NCBI GenBank assembly: GCA_963786955.1
Contig: CAWBAT010000009.1
Span: 256,001-320,000 of the forward strand
DNA length: 64,000 bases
Source: an uncultured Acidimicrobiia bacterium
Lineage (GTDB): Bacteria; Acidobacteriota; Terriglobia; Versatilivoradales; Versatilivoraceae
Reading direction: 5' to 3'
A model generated the notes under the pieces. The model made no database searches, was not told the origin of the DNA, and saw only the letters and a program-made list of their open reading frames with translations. Numbering within the stretch: position 1 is the stretch's first letter; each line of letters begins with the position of its first letter. The position numbers and the translations under genes are program-made. Below are positions 1 through 10,354 of the stretch, one piece after another.

Positions 1-1197
1 GTGGGGGAACATCGATCGGAAAGACATTCAGGCGATGGAACAGATCCTCCCTGAACTGGCCGCTTCTGACCATTGCTGCCAGATCGTGGTTCGTGGCGGC
101 AATTACGCGGACGTCTACCGTCAGTGTACGGGGACTTCCCAGCCGCTCAAACCGTCCGTCCTGCAGCACTCGCAACAGCTTCGTCTGGAGATCGAGGGGA
201 AGGTCCCCAATCTCGTCGAGGAACAGTGTCGAGCCATCTGCTAATTCAAAGCGGCCAATCTGTTTGGTCATGGCCCCGGTATAGGCGCCCTTCTCCCGCC
301 CAAAGAGCTCGCTTTCGATCAGCGGTGCAGGCAGGGCGGCGCAGTTAACGATCACCATCGTTTTGGCCTTTCGGTGACTCATGTCGTGAATCGCTTGCGC
401 GAGCAACTCCTTGCCCGTGCCCGTCTCGCCGGTTATGAGCACAACCGAATCCGCCGGTGCCACCTGCTTCGCTTTGGCGAACATGCGCCGAATGGGCTCA
501 CTATCTCCCACAATACTCTCTTGCCCATCGTCCCGTCGGAGCTGCTTGCGCAAATAAACGTTCTCCACCTGCAACTGGTCTCGGAGGCGCTGCACTTCTT
601 CCAACGTCTGACGGAGATGCTGCTCGCTTTCGCGCAAGGCCTCATCATTGAGCCTGCGGGCGAGGGCGTTGGCGAATATCTGGGCAATCAGCTGCAACCT
701 GGTGACGAGCTCTGGTGACCAGTCCCGCTCTTCGCGGGTAACATCGAAATTCAGCACGCCAAACATCGGTCCCCCCCCGTGGACATGGGAATGGACACGA
801 CCGATTTAACGCCGACTTGGCGCGCATTCTCTACGTCCTGCGCGGCTTCGGGGGGAGCATCCGCAAAGCGGGATAAGATAAGGGGCTCGCCTCTGAGGAA
901 TTTCTTCAGTGCCCACGGAAAGCTCTCCTTGATGTCCCAGACCTCTGGCAAAGGTGGAAGACCCGGGGACAGATGGTAATGGGTCAGGAATATCGAGCCC
1001 GAACGGTCCGGGGACTGTTGCCAGAGTGAGCAGATATCCAGGTCCAGGCATTCACAGACCTGTCGTTGGGCATCCACGATTGCGTTATCCACTTGGCTCG
1101 TGGGCAGGTTAATGAAGCGGGCAGAGATATCGGTCAGGAGCATCTCAAAGCGTAACCGCTCCTCATACTCTCGCCTGTTGAGAGAATCAACCTTCAT
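1..1197 (-). CDS. GAF-domain sigma-54-dependent activator (FhlA/NifA-like), frameshifted at a G8 run; continues past the left window edge
   Basis: GAF part is in ORF 751..1287 (likely ATG 1197). Adding one G at 771-778 continues the frame as PMFGVLNFD...LQVENVYL...ITGETGTGKELLAQAIH...ESELFGREKGAYTGA...LFLDEIG...FREDLFHRLNVFPI (Walker A/B, GAFTGA-like loop). Confidence 0.9.
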
Positions 1198-1411
1198 GGA
1201 CAAGACGTGTTCCTTTGGGGTGATGAGCCTTTGAAGCTCAGTTTTCGATACCCGACATTTCCGGTCCGTTCCGGGCTCTGTGTTCAAGCCCTAAAGGACT
1301 TTAGACACACCGCCATTCGTTTAGCTTATACCAACTGAGCCAGTTGACCCAAGAAAATGGCCTCCGCTTGATGAAAGCAATCCCAAGGGCGCGATCGTTC
1401 CAACGAGCGCC

Positions 1412-1440
1412 TTTCAATGGGGCACCGAATTCAGTACAAT
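1412..1440 (+). promoter_or_regulatory. Putative sigma-70 promoter giving a near-leaderless mRNA
   Basis: TTTCAA-N17-TACAAT, ending 6 nt before ATG 1447; no Shine-Dalgarno. Confidence 0.45.
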
Positions 1441-1446
1441 CAGTCC

Positions 1447-1956
1447 ATGAAGGAACTGGCGGAGTTGCTCAATGAGATGCAGAAGTTGGGCGTGATCCTG
1501 AATTATGCCCTCTTTGGGGCCGTAGCCCAGATGCGGTATACGGAGCCGGTGGCTACGCTGGATGCGGATGTGCTCGTGGCGCTGCCCTCGATGGACCGGC
1601 TTGATGTGCTGAGTGGCATTTACGAGTTCTGCGCGGCACGGGGATGGAAGGCGGAGGGAGAGGCCATTCTTGTCGGTGCGTGGCCAGCGCAATTCGTGCC
1701 TGCGTACAGCCCTCTAACCCAGGAGGCAATGGAGCAGGCTGAGACAGCCGACTTTGAAGGCGTGCCGTTCCGCGTTGTCCGGGCGGACCACCTGGCCGTG
1801 ATCGCCCTCAGCGTCGGGCGCGCCAAGGACCTCACTCGTATTCTGGCGCTGCTTGAATCAGGTAGTGTCAACCGGAAAGGAATCGGGCGCCTGGCTGTGC
1901 GGCACGGCTTGGCGGAAGAATGGCAGCGTTTTGAGAAGAGGTTCCTGAATGAGTGA
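1447..1956 (+). CDS. Pol-beta-superfamily nucleotidyltransferase-like protein
   Basis: YALFGAVA...PVATLDADVLV (G-A-x-A...T-x-D-x-D) and C-terminal GRAKD. Confidence 0.7.
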   Translation: MKELAELLNEMQKLGVILNYALFGAVAQMRYTEPVATLDADVLVALPSMDRLDVLSGIYEFCAARGWKAEGEAILVGAWPAQFVPAYSPLTQEAMEQAETADFEGVPFRVVRADHLAVIALSVGRAKDLTRILALLESGSVNRKGIGRLAVRHGLAEEWQRFEKRFLNE

Positions 1957-2137
1957 TATCCAAGAAATGCTGGAGAGACAGGCGCAGTGGCAGAAGGGTC
2001 GCAAGGCCCTGACTTGGCCGGAGAAGATTCGCATGGCGGAACGGATCCGCGAAAGCGTCCGGCAATTGCGCGCAGGGTTCAGCCATGAGGTTTCGGGAGC
2101 CGTGAGTCGCCTAGGCAAGCAGAGCGACTTGAAATGA
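1949..2137 (+). CDS. Small helical hypothetical protein coupled to the nucleotidyltransferase
   Basis: 62-aa ORF overlapping the upstream stop by 8 nt; LTWPEKIRMAERIR. Confidence 0.6.
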   Translation: MSDIQEMLERQAQWQKGRKALTWPEKIRMAERIRESVRQLRAGFSHEVSGAVSRLGKQSDLK

Positions 2138-2187
2138 TCATACCGCAGCCTTGCTCGTGAAGCACAGGGGCGGTCGCGAGGCCACCG

Positions 2188-2269
2188 GCATCTCGAAGCA
2201 TAACCGCTCGTCATCTTCTCGCCTGTCGAGAGGATCATCCTTCATGGACAAGATGTACTCCTCGGAGGT
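2188..2269 (-). pseudogene. Degenerate duplicate of the 5' end of the sigma-54 activator gene
   Basis: Aligns without gaps to 1140..1221 at roughly 80-85% identity; MKDDPLDRREDDERLCFEM vs MKVDSLNRREYEERLRFEM. Confidence 0.75.
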
Positions 2270-2311
2270 TAATGGTTCCGGCGCGACCCTGCGCTTGCCC
2301 GCATGAATCCC

Positions 2312-2370
2312 TAAATACAGCGTTTCAGAAATGCGATAGCGTTAACGCCGGGTCGGTGACCCGGCCTACA
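2312..2370 (-). repeat. Partial inverted copy of the ~138-bp REP-containing repeat
   Basis: cgttaacgccgggtcggtgacccggcctaca is the exact reverse complement of the core of copy 10355..10492. Confidence 0.8.
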
Positions 2371-2394
2371 CCTCAAGTTTGTCAGTTGGGTTCA

Positions 2395-3654
2395 TTATGG
2401 AGACGTGGGCTCAATTTTCTCCAAAGCCAAGATTCTTTCCATGACCGTCGGATGGGAATAATAGAAAGAACTGTAGAGGGGATGTGGCGTCAGGTTGGAA
2501 AGATTATCCGCGGTCAGTTTAACCAGACTCTGAATCATGGGCTGGCGGTCTTCTACAGCCTGCACGGCGAAACGGTCCGCCTCATATTCATGTTTCCGTG
2601 AAAGCCATGAACTCAGCGGAGAAAGAAAGAACCCGAACGATCCGGCTGTTTTCATGAAAACAAAAAGCGCGGCATAGGAAGAAGGGTGGGCAAACTTGAA
2701 TGCGGAACAGAACCAAGGTTGTGGAAGCATTCTCGATAAGATAAAGAGACCCGCCAGCGACGTGAGTCCGCTCAACACGAGAGAGGTTCGGATATGCTTC
2801 TTGACGCTATGTCCTATTTCATGGGCGAGTACCGAAATCAGTTCTTTCTCTGCGAGTAAACTAACCAGCGTGTCAAACAGGATGATGCGGCGAAATTTCC
2901 CGATTCCTGCAAAAAAGGCATTAGAGTGGGTTGATCTTTTTGATCCATCCATCGTAGAAATTCCAGAGATTTTGAAATCCACCTTTTTTGTCAGCGTGAC
3001 GATCTCGTGTCGAAGACTCCCTTCTGGAAGAGGTGTGAGACGGTTGAATAACGGCACAATGACAACCGGAAAGATCGCCTGAATGAGAAGCTGTATCACG
3101 ACCAGCAAGCCCCATACCCAGATCCACCAAGCTTGCTCCAGGAAATGATCCATCAGCCAGAGAACGCCAGCCAGGACAGGAGCGCCAATCAAAACCGACA
3201 AGGATATCCCCTTTACCAGATCCATCGTCCAGGTTCTCCAATTCATCCGGTTGAATCCATATTTCTGTTCGATCCGGAAGGTTTCGTAAAGGCTGAATGG
3301 GAGCGAAATGACGAAGAAAAGACCCATCGTTAGGGCAAAAAAGAACAGCCCGGTCAGGATAGAACCGGCATGGAACGAGCGGACCCAGCCATCCACCCTC
3401 CCGAAAAAACCACTGAGAAGTAATCCCCAAAAAATAGGCACTTCAATCCAGCTGGAAATGATCCCAAACCAAGCTTTTTCCCGATTGTAAGCAATGCTTT
3501 TTTGATACTGCGTGGGTGTTATTTTCTCTCGAAAGTAAGCAGGCACTTGTTTCTCATGCCTTCGGATATGCTTCAGATTCAGCAAGGTCAGCCCAAAATC
3601 CACCACCCGTTCTGCAAAATAGAACACGGCAAATACGAACAGAAAAATATTCAT
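2395..3654 (-). CDS. M48 family Ste24/CAAX-type zinc endopeptidase
   Basis: Multiple TM helices, DGSKRSTHSNAFFAG, HEIGH, EYEADRFA, YYSHP. Confidence 0.93.
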   Translation of the reverse strand: MNIFLFVFAVFYFAERVVDFGLTLLNLKHIRRHEKQVPAYFREKITPTQYQKSIAYNREKAWFGIISSWIEVPIFWGLLLSGFFGRVDGWVRSFHAGSILTGLFFFALTMGLFFVISLPFSLYETFRIEQKYGFNRMNWRTWTMDLVKGISLSVLIGAPVLAGVLWLMDHFLEQAWWIWVWGLLVVIQLLIQAIFPVVIVPLFNRLTPLPEGSLRHEIVTLTKKVDFKISGISTMDGSKRSTHSNAFFAGIGKFRRIILFDTLVSLLAEKELISVLAHEIGHSVKKHIRTSLVLSGLTSLAGLFILSRMLPQPWFCSAFKFAHPSSYAALFVFMKTAGSFGFFLSPLSSWLSRKHEYEADRFAVQAVEDRQPMIQSLVKLTADNLSNLTPHPLYSSFYYSHPTVMERILALEKIEPTSP

Positions 3655-3880
3655 GGCTGACCGAAAGAGTATTCAGCGGTGGGCATATGCCGATGAACCG
3701 GGTCTGCATCTTTGGCAAGATATTGACCCGATGTCTTGGATAATCATAACCTCATTCCCCTTATATTATGAAGCCCTACCCACCCGTTCTAAATTGAAGT
3801 TGGCTGGTTTTCGATCAAGGCATCCCGACTAAAGGCGGGCCACAAGCCATCGACAACAATTCATTCACATTGGGAACTAT

Positions 3881-4855
3881 TTACTTTTCCCTCTCGAGAA
3901 TGATCCGTGGAATGGAATGGAGCGCATCCCAATAGGCAGAAGGAGCAAACAAACGGAGGGCTTCCTGGGCTTCTCGTGCGAAGGATTCGGCAAGGCTGCG
4001 AGTCTTCGCCAGGGTCTGGTATTTCTGGATGAGGGAAATAATTTCCGAGCGAGTAACGCTCTTAAAATCCTTTTCCTGCAGAACGGTTTCAATCTTTCTG
4101 GCTTCGTCGGAGGTACAAACGTCCAGGACATAGATTAAGGGCAAAGTGATCTTGCCCTCTCTCAGGTCGCTCCCCACGGGTTTTCCGAGGATTTTTTCGG
4201 ACGAGCTGAAGTCCAGCATGTCATCCACGATCTGAAATGCCAGGCCGACGTTTAGTCCATAACGGGCTAAAGCCTCTTCCCTTTCCTTGTCTACTCTTCC
4301 GAGAATGGCTCCAATCCGGGCGCAACCAGCAAAAAGGTAAGCTGTCTTTCTTTTGGCAATGTCCAACACATCCGCTTCCGTAATCCGACGGTTCCCATTG
4401 AAGGTCAGCTGGATGAGCTCCCCTTCGACCATTCTCTGGGTGAGGTCAATCAAAGTATCCAATATCTGAAAGTTTCGTTGTTGCAAGGCAATATTAAAAG
4501 ACTGCATGTAAAACCAATCTCCCGCTAAAACGGTCACTTGATTTCCCCATCGGCTGTTGACACTGGAGCGTCCGCGACGCGTCTCGGCTCCGTCAATAAT
4601 GTCATCATGGACGAGTGTTGCGGCATGAATAAACTCAACGACGGCCGCCAGCTTGATGGCCGCATCGTTCACTTCGCCACAGAGTCGAGTACAGAGTAAG
4701 AGCATACTGGGCCGAATCCGCTTCCCACCGCTCTCCTGGAGATACTTGCCGATATCGGTAATGGTCCCGACAGAGCTTTCACACTGGCGGACCAGTTCCT
4801 TTTCGACTTCTCTTAATTCCTTCTTAACCAGTCCGAAAACCTGAATTGGGTCCAC
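3881..4855 (-). CDS. ispB: Long-chain polyprenyl diphosphate synthase
   Basis: GGKRIRP, LVHDDIID..RRG, AFQIVDDMLD, GKPVGSDLREGK. Confidence 0.9.
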   Translation of the reverse strand: MDPIQVFGLVKKELREVEKELVRQCESSVGTITDIGKYLQESGGKRIRPSMLLLCTRLCGEVNDAAIKLAAVVEFIHAATLVHDDIIDGAETRRGRSSVNSRWGNQVTVLAGDWFYMQSFNIALQQRNFQILDTLIDLTQRMVEGELIQLTFNGNRRITEADVLDIAKRKTAYLFAGCARIGAILGRVDKEREEALARYGLNVGLAFQIVDDMLDFSSSEKILGKPVGSDLREGKITLPLIYVLDVCTSDEARKIETVLQEKDFKSVTRSEIISLIQKYQTLAKTRSLAESFAREAQEALRLFAPSAYWDALHSIPRIILEREK

Positions 4856-4869
4856 GATAGTATTGGGGA

Positions 4870-5370
4870 TTACTGACTCCGGTAGTTTGTGAATTGAATT
4901 TCAAAATCAAATTCCTGGGACTTTAGCAACTGGATGACTTCCTGAAGCGTATCCCGGTCTTTACCGGAAACTCGCACGAAATCACCGTTAATCGACGCTT
5001 GAACCTTGAGTTTGGAATCTTTGATCAGTCGCACTATTTCCCTAGCTTTTTCGATGGGAATCCCTTGCTGCAAATCAATTTCTTGCCTGACCGTATTGCC
5101 TGCTGCCTGTTCTATTTTATTGTATGTCAATGATTTCAATGAAATCCCGCGTTTGACAAGCCGCTGTTGAAGGATATCATTAAGGCTCTTAAGTTTGAAC
5201 TCATCATCGGCCAAGAGAGCAAGCTTATCTTTCTCAGCCAGCAAAATCTTACATTTGCTGCCCCTAAAGTCGAAACGGGTGCTGACCTCTTTCATGGCCT
5301 GATGAATGGCATTTTCGACTTCTTGCATTTCAATCTTGCAGACGATATCAAAAGTATTTTGAGCGGCCAT
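4870..5370 (-). CDS. yajQ: YajQ family nucleotide/c-di-GMP-binding protein
   Basis: FDIV..EVENAI..RFDFRGS, KVQASINGDFVRVSGKDRDTLQ, QFTNYR; start placed at ATG 5370. Confidence 0.93.
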   Translation of the reverse strand: MAAQNTFDIVCKIEMQEVENAIHQAMKEVSTRFDFRGSKCKILLAEKDKLALLADDEFKLKSLNDILQQRLVKRGISLKSLTYNKIEQAAGNTVRQEIDLQQGIPIEKAREIVRLIKDSKLKVQASINGDFVRVSGKDRDTLQEVIQLLKSQEFDFEIQFTNYRSQ

Positions 5371-5504
5371 GTGTCTTCCTTTTATGAATTCAAGTTCACC
5401 TGTCGGTTGTGCTGGATTCCCGAGGAACAAGGGCACTATCGATGTTGGCAAATTATAGTGATTCCATTGCCGGTCACCTCATTTGACATTTGATACTTCC
5501 ATTC

Positions 5505-6317
5505 TCAAAACTTCATCCCGGCTCCCTCTGCTCCGCCAGGCACTGACCGCTGAAATAACCGGTAATAATTTTCAACTGTATGTCGTGCCAACTCCTCGAT
5601 ACTGATGCCCTTGAGGCGGGCCAAGGCCCCCGCCGTTTCCACTAAGAATGACGGCTCATTCCTCTTTCCCCTGTGTGGCACAGGAGCCAGATAGGGCGAA
5701 TCGGTTTCGATTAACAGGCGATCGAGCGGGATTCGCTGTGCGATATCTCGAATGTTCTGCGCTTTCGGAAAGGTGATCATCCCGGAAAACGAAATCAAGA
5801 ATCCTAATTCCAAACAGTTCCCTGCCATTTCCAGAGAGCTGGAATAGCAATGCATCACCCCATGCAGCACCTTCTTGTCAGACTGGCGACGAAGGGCTTC
5901 TATGGTTTCGCTTTCCGCATCGCGGCTGTGGATAATGACGGGAAGTTCTGCCTCCCCCGCCAATTTTAACTGTTGAGCAAACACATCCAATTGAATATCG
6001 CGCGCCGAATGTCCGTAGTAAAAATCTAAACCAATTTCCCCCCAGGCCACCACTTTGGGGTGCGATGCCAATGACTTGAGGAACTCAAAATCAACCTGAG
6101 TGGCGAGTTTCGCGTCATGGGGATGAATCCCGATGGAAGCATCGATATGAGCATATTGTTGGGCCAGCGCTACGGCACAGTCGAGACTTCCAGGTCCTGT
6201 GCCGCTTCCTATAGCCAATATCTTGCCGACGTGGGCGGCTCTGGCCCGAGCCATCGCTTCCGAGCGATCCAAATCAAAATCCGTTGCGTCAAGATGAGCA
6301 TGTGAGTCGATAAACAT
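5505..6317 (-). CDS. tatD: TatD family hydrolase
   Basis: DSHAHL, GIHPH, GEIGLD, IHSRDA, ETDSPYLAPVPHRGKRNEP. Confidence 0.95.
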   Translation of the reverse strand: MFIDSHAHLDATDFDLDRSEAMARARAAHVGKILAIGSGTGPGSLDCAVALAQQYAHIDASIGIHPHDAKLATQVDFEFLKSLASHPKVVAWGEIGLDFYYGHSARDIQLDVFAQQLKLAGEAELPVIIHSRDAESETIEALRRQSDKKVLHGVMHCYSSSLEMAGNCLELGFLISFSGMITFPKAQNIRDIAQRIPLDRLLIETDSPYLAPVPHRGKRNEPSFLVETAGALARLKGISIEELARHTVENYYRLFQRSVPGGAEGAGMKF

Positions 6318-6376
6318 TCAGAATCCCATTTCTTGGACCGGAGCCGGTAAGTTCTTTTCCCTTGGCATCAACGGGA

Positions 6377-7012
6377 TCACTGGGCCTCTACTTTCTTTCG
6401 GTTCCGAAGGTATTCGACGACGATGGGCAACACGGAAACAAAAACGATGAGCAGTACAACTTTTTCCAGGTTGTGTCTAACCCAAGGGAAGGAGCCGAGA
6501 AAAAATCCTGCCGACGTCATGGAACAGACCCAAAAAATCCCGCCAAACACATTATAGCTGGCAAACCGCGGATACGACATTTGGGCGATTCCTGCCACTA
6601 CGGGAGCAAATGTTCGGGCAAAGGGAACGAAGCGGGCCAAAAATATGGCTTTCCCTCCGTGCTCTTCATAGAACTCCTTTGCGTAAAGGAGATGTTTGCG
6701 CCGGAACCAGAGCGTATCCGGTCTTTTGTAAAGGGCTGCCCCCGCCTTAAAGCCGATACCATAACCCACAGCGTCTCCGATGATGGCCATGAGACTGAGT
6801 ACAATCATCAAATAAAAGACATTAAAAAACCCTTGCGAAGCAATCAGTCCTGCCGTGAACAATAAGGAATCTCCCGGCAGGAAAAAGCCAATGAAGAGGC
6901 CTGTTTCGGCGAAAACGATCGCGGACAAAACGACATACCCACCCGACCGAATCAATTCCATCAGCTTTTCAGGCTGATATAGGGCTCGAAGGAACTCCAA
7001 GATCGATTCCAA
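6377..7012 (-). CDS. dedA: DedA family membrane protein
   Basis: FAETGLFIGFFLPGDSLLFTAG, ARFVPFARTFAP. Confidence 0.93.
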   Translation of the reverse strand: MESILEFLRALYQPEKLMELIRSGGYVVLSAIVFAETGLFIGFFLPGDSLLFTAGLIASQGFFNVFYLMIVLSLMAIIGDAVGYGIGFKAGAALYKRPDTLWFRRKHLLYAKEFYEEHGGKAIFLARFVPFARTFAPVVAGIAQMSYPRFASYNVFGGIFWVCSMTSAGFFLGSFPWVRHNLEKVVLLIVFVSVLPIVVEYLRNRKKVEAQ

Positions 7013-7032
7013 ATCGTTACAAATCCTCTCAC

Positions 7033-9057
7033 TTATTTCAACCTGGCACCATTGGGAACATCTTCCAGAAAGCCGGCCAGAACAGGCTTCCCCTCTTCAC
7101 CAAGTGAAGCGGCCAGCAACATCCCATTCGATTCCAACCCTCTCATCTTGCGAGGGTGCAGGTTTGCAACAATGACTATTTTTCGCCCAATCATACTCTC
7201 AGGAGAATAAGCTTTAGCGATGCCGGCCAGTATCTGACGCTTCTCAGTTCCCAGATCGACAATCAATTTCAAAAGCTTGTCAGCGCCTTGGACCCTCTCC
7301 GCTGAGACAACCTGTGCCACTCTCAGATCCAGTTTTGCAAAGTCATCAATGGAAATTTTGAGGTCGGCAATGTTGGCCTCACTGGTTGTTTTGGTCTCGA
7401 CGACTGTCGGACTCGCCGAATCATCCTTCTTCTCTCCACCGGATGCTGCGCCCCCCTTGGCCGCGATAGTTTCGGCAGGGGGCGCAAAGGTCTCTTGCAG
7501 GATTTGCTCCAAAGCCAGCTTCTTGTCAATTCTCGGGAAAATCGGTTTCAATTCTCCAAGTTCACTGCCCACGGGCAATCCACCCCATTTCAGCTCGTCG
7601 ATGCGCTGAGACTTCAGTGGCACCTTGATTCCGTATTGTTCCCACACACGTTGGCAGCTTTCAGGCAAGACAGGGGCCAGCAAGACCGTAGCAATACGGA
7701 TCACTTCGGCTGAAGTATACAGTATGCTCGCCAATCGCGGCCGGTCCTGTTCGTTTTCGGTTAGGCCCCAGGGGGCGCTTTCATTGAGATACCGGTTGGT
7801 GGCCGATAGCAGTTCCCAAAGGGATTCCAGGGCGCGGCTGAATGCTAGATTCTCCATCAACTCCTGATAGGTCTGAATTGTTTCTGTGGCTTTCTTCTCC
7901 AGCTCAGCATCCAGATCGGTTCGGCCTTCAATCGCCGAAGGGTACGGCAGGATATTGTCAAAATTCTTCGAAATCAGATTCAGCGTGCGGGAAACAAGGT
8001 TTCCATAATCGTTGGCCAGATCACTGTTGACGCGTTGGATCAGCGCTTCGTAAGAGAACGTTCCATCCAAACCGAACGGGACTTCACGTAAAACGAAATA
8101 ACGAACCGCATCCGCTCCAAAATGTTTCAACAAAACATAAGGGTCAATCACGTTTCCCCGGGATTTCGACATTTTCGTTTCGTCTTTCAGCCACCAGCCG
8201 TGCGCAAAGACTTGCTTTGGCAGCTCCAATCCAGCCGCCATCAGAAATGCCGGCCAGTAGACGGTATGGAAACGAATGATGTCTTTTCCCACCAGCTGAA
8301 CTTGGGCTGGCCAGTACTTTTGAAACGTCTCTTTTCCGGCTGCATCTGCAAAACCAATCCCGCTCAAATAGCCAACAAGCGCATCGAACCAGACATAGAT
8401 CACGTGTTTGTCATCTCCCGGCAATGGGATTCCCCACTTTACCGAGGTACGACTAATCGAGAGATCTTTCAGTCCTCCACTGACAAAACTGATGACTTCA
8501 TTCCGTCGCGACGGAGGCATGATAAATTGAGGATTCTGTTCGTAATGATTGAGCAAAGCTTGCTGGTACTGGGATAGTTTGAAGAAGTAGCTTTCCTCCG
8601 TAATCCGCTCGGTAGGACGACCGCAAACTTCACAATTGGGAGGCGTCTCACTTTCTGCGGCAAACAAGTTACAGGAAATGCAGTACCACCCGGAGTACTC
8701 CCCTTTATAAATAGCTCCACTCTCATAAGCACGGCGGAAGATCTCTGACGAGGCTTCATAGTGCCGCGAATCGGTAGTCCGGATAAATCGGTCGTACTCA
8801 ATCCCATAACACTCCCAAAGTTTCTGGTATTCGGCGGCAATTTCATCCGCCAGTTGGCGAGGAGTGATCCCGCGAGCGACGGCTGCTCTTTCGATGTTCT
8901 GCCCATGCTCGTCGGTGCCCGTAAGAAAACAAACGTCATGACCCTGCATTTTCTTAAAACGACTCAGACAATCGGCTACAACCGTCGTGTAGGTGTGCCC
9001 CAGGTGTGGTTTGGCATTGACGTAATAGAGAGGAGTGGTGAGATAAAAAGTACTCAT
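7033..9057 (-). CDS. metG: Methionine--tRNA ligase with C-terminal tRNA-binding domain
   Basis: PHLGH, GTDEHG, YVWFDAL, KMSKS, C-terminal OB domain. Confidence 0.97.
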   Translation of the reverse strand: MSTFYLTTPLYYVNAKPHLGHTYTTVVADCLSRFKKMQGHDVCFLTGTDEHGQNIERAAVARGITPRQLADEIAAEYQKLWECYGIEYDRFIRTTDSRHYEASSEIFRRAYESGAIYKGEYSGWYCISCNLFAAESETPPNCEVCGRPTERITEESYFFKLSQYQQALLNHYEQNPQFIMPPSRRNEVISFVSGGLKDLSISRTSVKWGIPLPGDDKHVIYVWFDALVGYLSGIGFADAAGKETFQKYWPAQVQLVGKDIIRFHTVYWPAFLMAAGLELPKQVFAHGWWLKDETKMSKSRGNVIDPYVLLKHFGADAVRYFVLREVPFGLDGTFSYEALIQRVNSDLANDYGNLVSRTLNLISKNFDNILPYPSAIEGRTDLDAELEKKATETIQTYQELMENLAFSRALESLWELLSATNRYLNESAPWGLTENEQDRPRLASILYTSAEVIRIATVLLAPVLPESCQRVWEQYGIKVPLKSQRIDELKWGGLPVGSELGELKPIFPRIDKKLALEQILQETFAPPAETIAAKGGAASGGEKKDDSASPTVVETKTTSEANIADLKISIDDFAKLDLRVAQVVSAERVQGADKLLKLIVDLGTEKRQILAGIAKAYSPESMIGRKIVIVANLHPRKMRGLESNGMLLAASLGEEGKPVLAGFLEDVPNGARLK

Positions 9058-9067
9058 ATCGTCGTGA

Positions 9068-10297
9068 CTATCCCTGTCTCTTGTGGTGATCCTTTAGAAT
9101 ATCGCTTCCATATCGGCTCATGAATTCCTGGGCGATCCTGGCTTGAATCCACTTCACAGGGATTCCATGTTTCTCTGCAGCGCCCCGGCAATCTTCGTAC
9201 TCAGGCGAAAAATTCATGATCCGGCCTTCGCGCCTCGATATTTTTACCTGGATGATTCCATACTCGATTTCGATGGGCACAATCTCTCGCTCGAGGACCC
9301 TGCGGTCTGCTTCATAGTAACGGATTCCAATTGTTGTCGTCTCTTGAAAAATGGCATCCACCGCAGCCTCGAAGTTTTCCGGAACTGTGACGACGGTCAA
9401 TAGAGAACCCGGCCGGTTTTTTTTCATCTGCACAGGGGAAACAAAAGTATCTAATACCCCCAATTTTTGGAGCCGCTCCTGCAAATAGCCATAGAGCTGA
9501 GGATTCATATCATCAATGTTGGCTTCGATGACGGTTACAGGATGAGCCCCGAAAACCCGTCCCGCAAAAGGGGAAACCGAAGGGCGTTCTCCCTTAAACA
9601 CCCGCAGCACATTGGCCGCCCCCGGCGTATCCCTTGTCCCTGCTCCATAACCAATTGTTTCGATTTCAAACGCCGGCAATCTCCCGAAGCTTTTTGCGAG
9701 GGTCGACAGAATCGCTGCTCCTGTGGGCGTGACAAGTTCCCCTTCGATGTGATTGGAATAAATAGGAATTCCCTTCAACAACTCGGCGGTGGCTGGGGCT
9801 GGGACGGGCAAAATACCATGAGCTGCCTTCACAGATCCCGTTCCAACGTTTAAAGGCGACGCCAGGATCTCCTCCACACCGAGCAGCTCAAACCCAATGC
9901 ACGCTCCCACAATATCCACGATTGAATCCACAGCGCCCACTTCGTGAAAATGGATCTTGTCAATCGTCGAACCATGAACGCGGGCCTCCGCTTCGGCCAA
10001 GCGAACAAAAATTCTCGTAGCAGAATCCTTGATCCGATCATTCAACTCACTCTCCCTGATGAGGCTTTCGATCGTATATAAATTGCGATGCACGTGCTCA
10101 TGACCGGCCTCGACGGTGAATTTGGTTGCCGTGAGGCCCGCTTTGACCACCTTAGTGGCGCTTAACGAGTAATTCTGTAAATTGAGTTTCTGGAGCTCTC
10201 GAGTGAGTTGATCCAGAGGGAGTCCCAGGTCGATCAGGCTTCCCACGATCATGTCGCCACTAGCCCCAGAAAAACAGTCGAAATAGATTCGGCTCAT
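9068..10297 (-). CDS. larC: Nickel pincer cofactor nickel insertase LarC
   Basis: YFDCFSGASGDM, IHFHEVGAVDSIVDI, ELVTPTGAA, EANIDDM, MKKNRPG, ETTTIGIR, PEYEDC. Confidence 0.93.
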   Translation of the reverse strand: MSRIYFDCFSGASGDMIVGSLIDLGLPLDQLTRELQKLNLQNYSLSATKVVKAGLTATKFTVEAGHEHVHRNLYTIESLIRESELNDRIKDSATRIFVRLAEAEARVHGSTIDKIHFHEVGAVDSIVDIVGACIGFELLGVEEILASPLNVGTGSVKAAHGILPVPAPATAELLKGIPIYSNHIEGELVTPTGAAILSTLAKSFGRLPAFEIETIGYGAGTRDTPGAANVLRVFKGERPSVSPFAGRVFGAHPVTVIEANIDDMNPQLYGYLQERLQKLGVLDTFVSPVQMKKNRPGSLLTVVTVPENFEAAVDAIFQETTTIGIRYYEADRRVLEREIVPIEIEYGIIQVKISRREGRIMNFSPEYEDCRGAAEKHGIPVKWIQARIAQEFMSRYGSDILKDHHKRQG

Positions 10298-10354
10298 GAA
10301 ATGCTCTCTCAATTAAGTCTACCAGTCAGTCCTGTAATGATACTAACTACCGCA

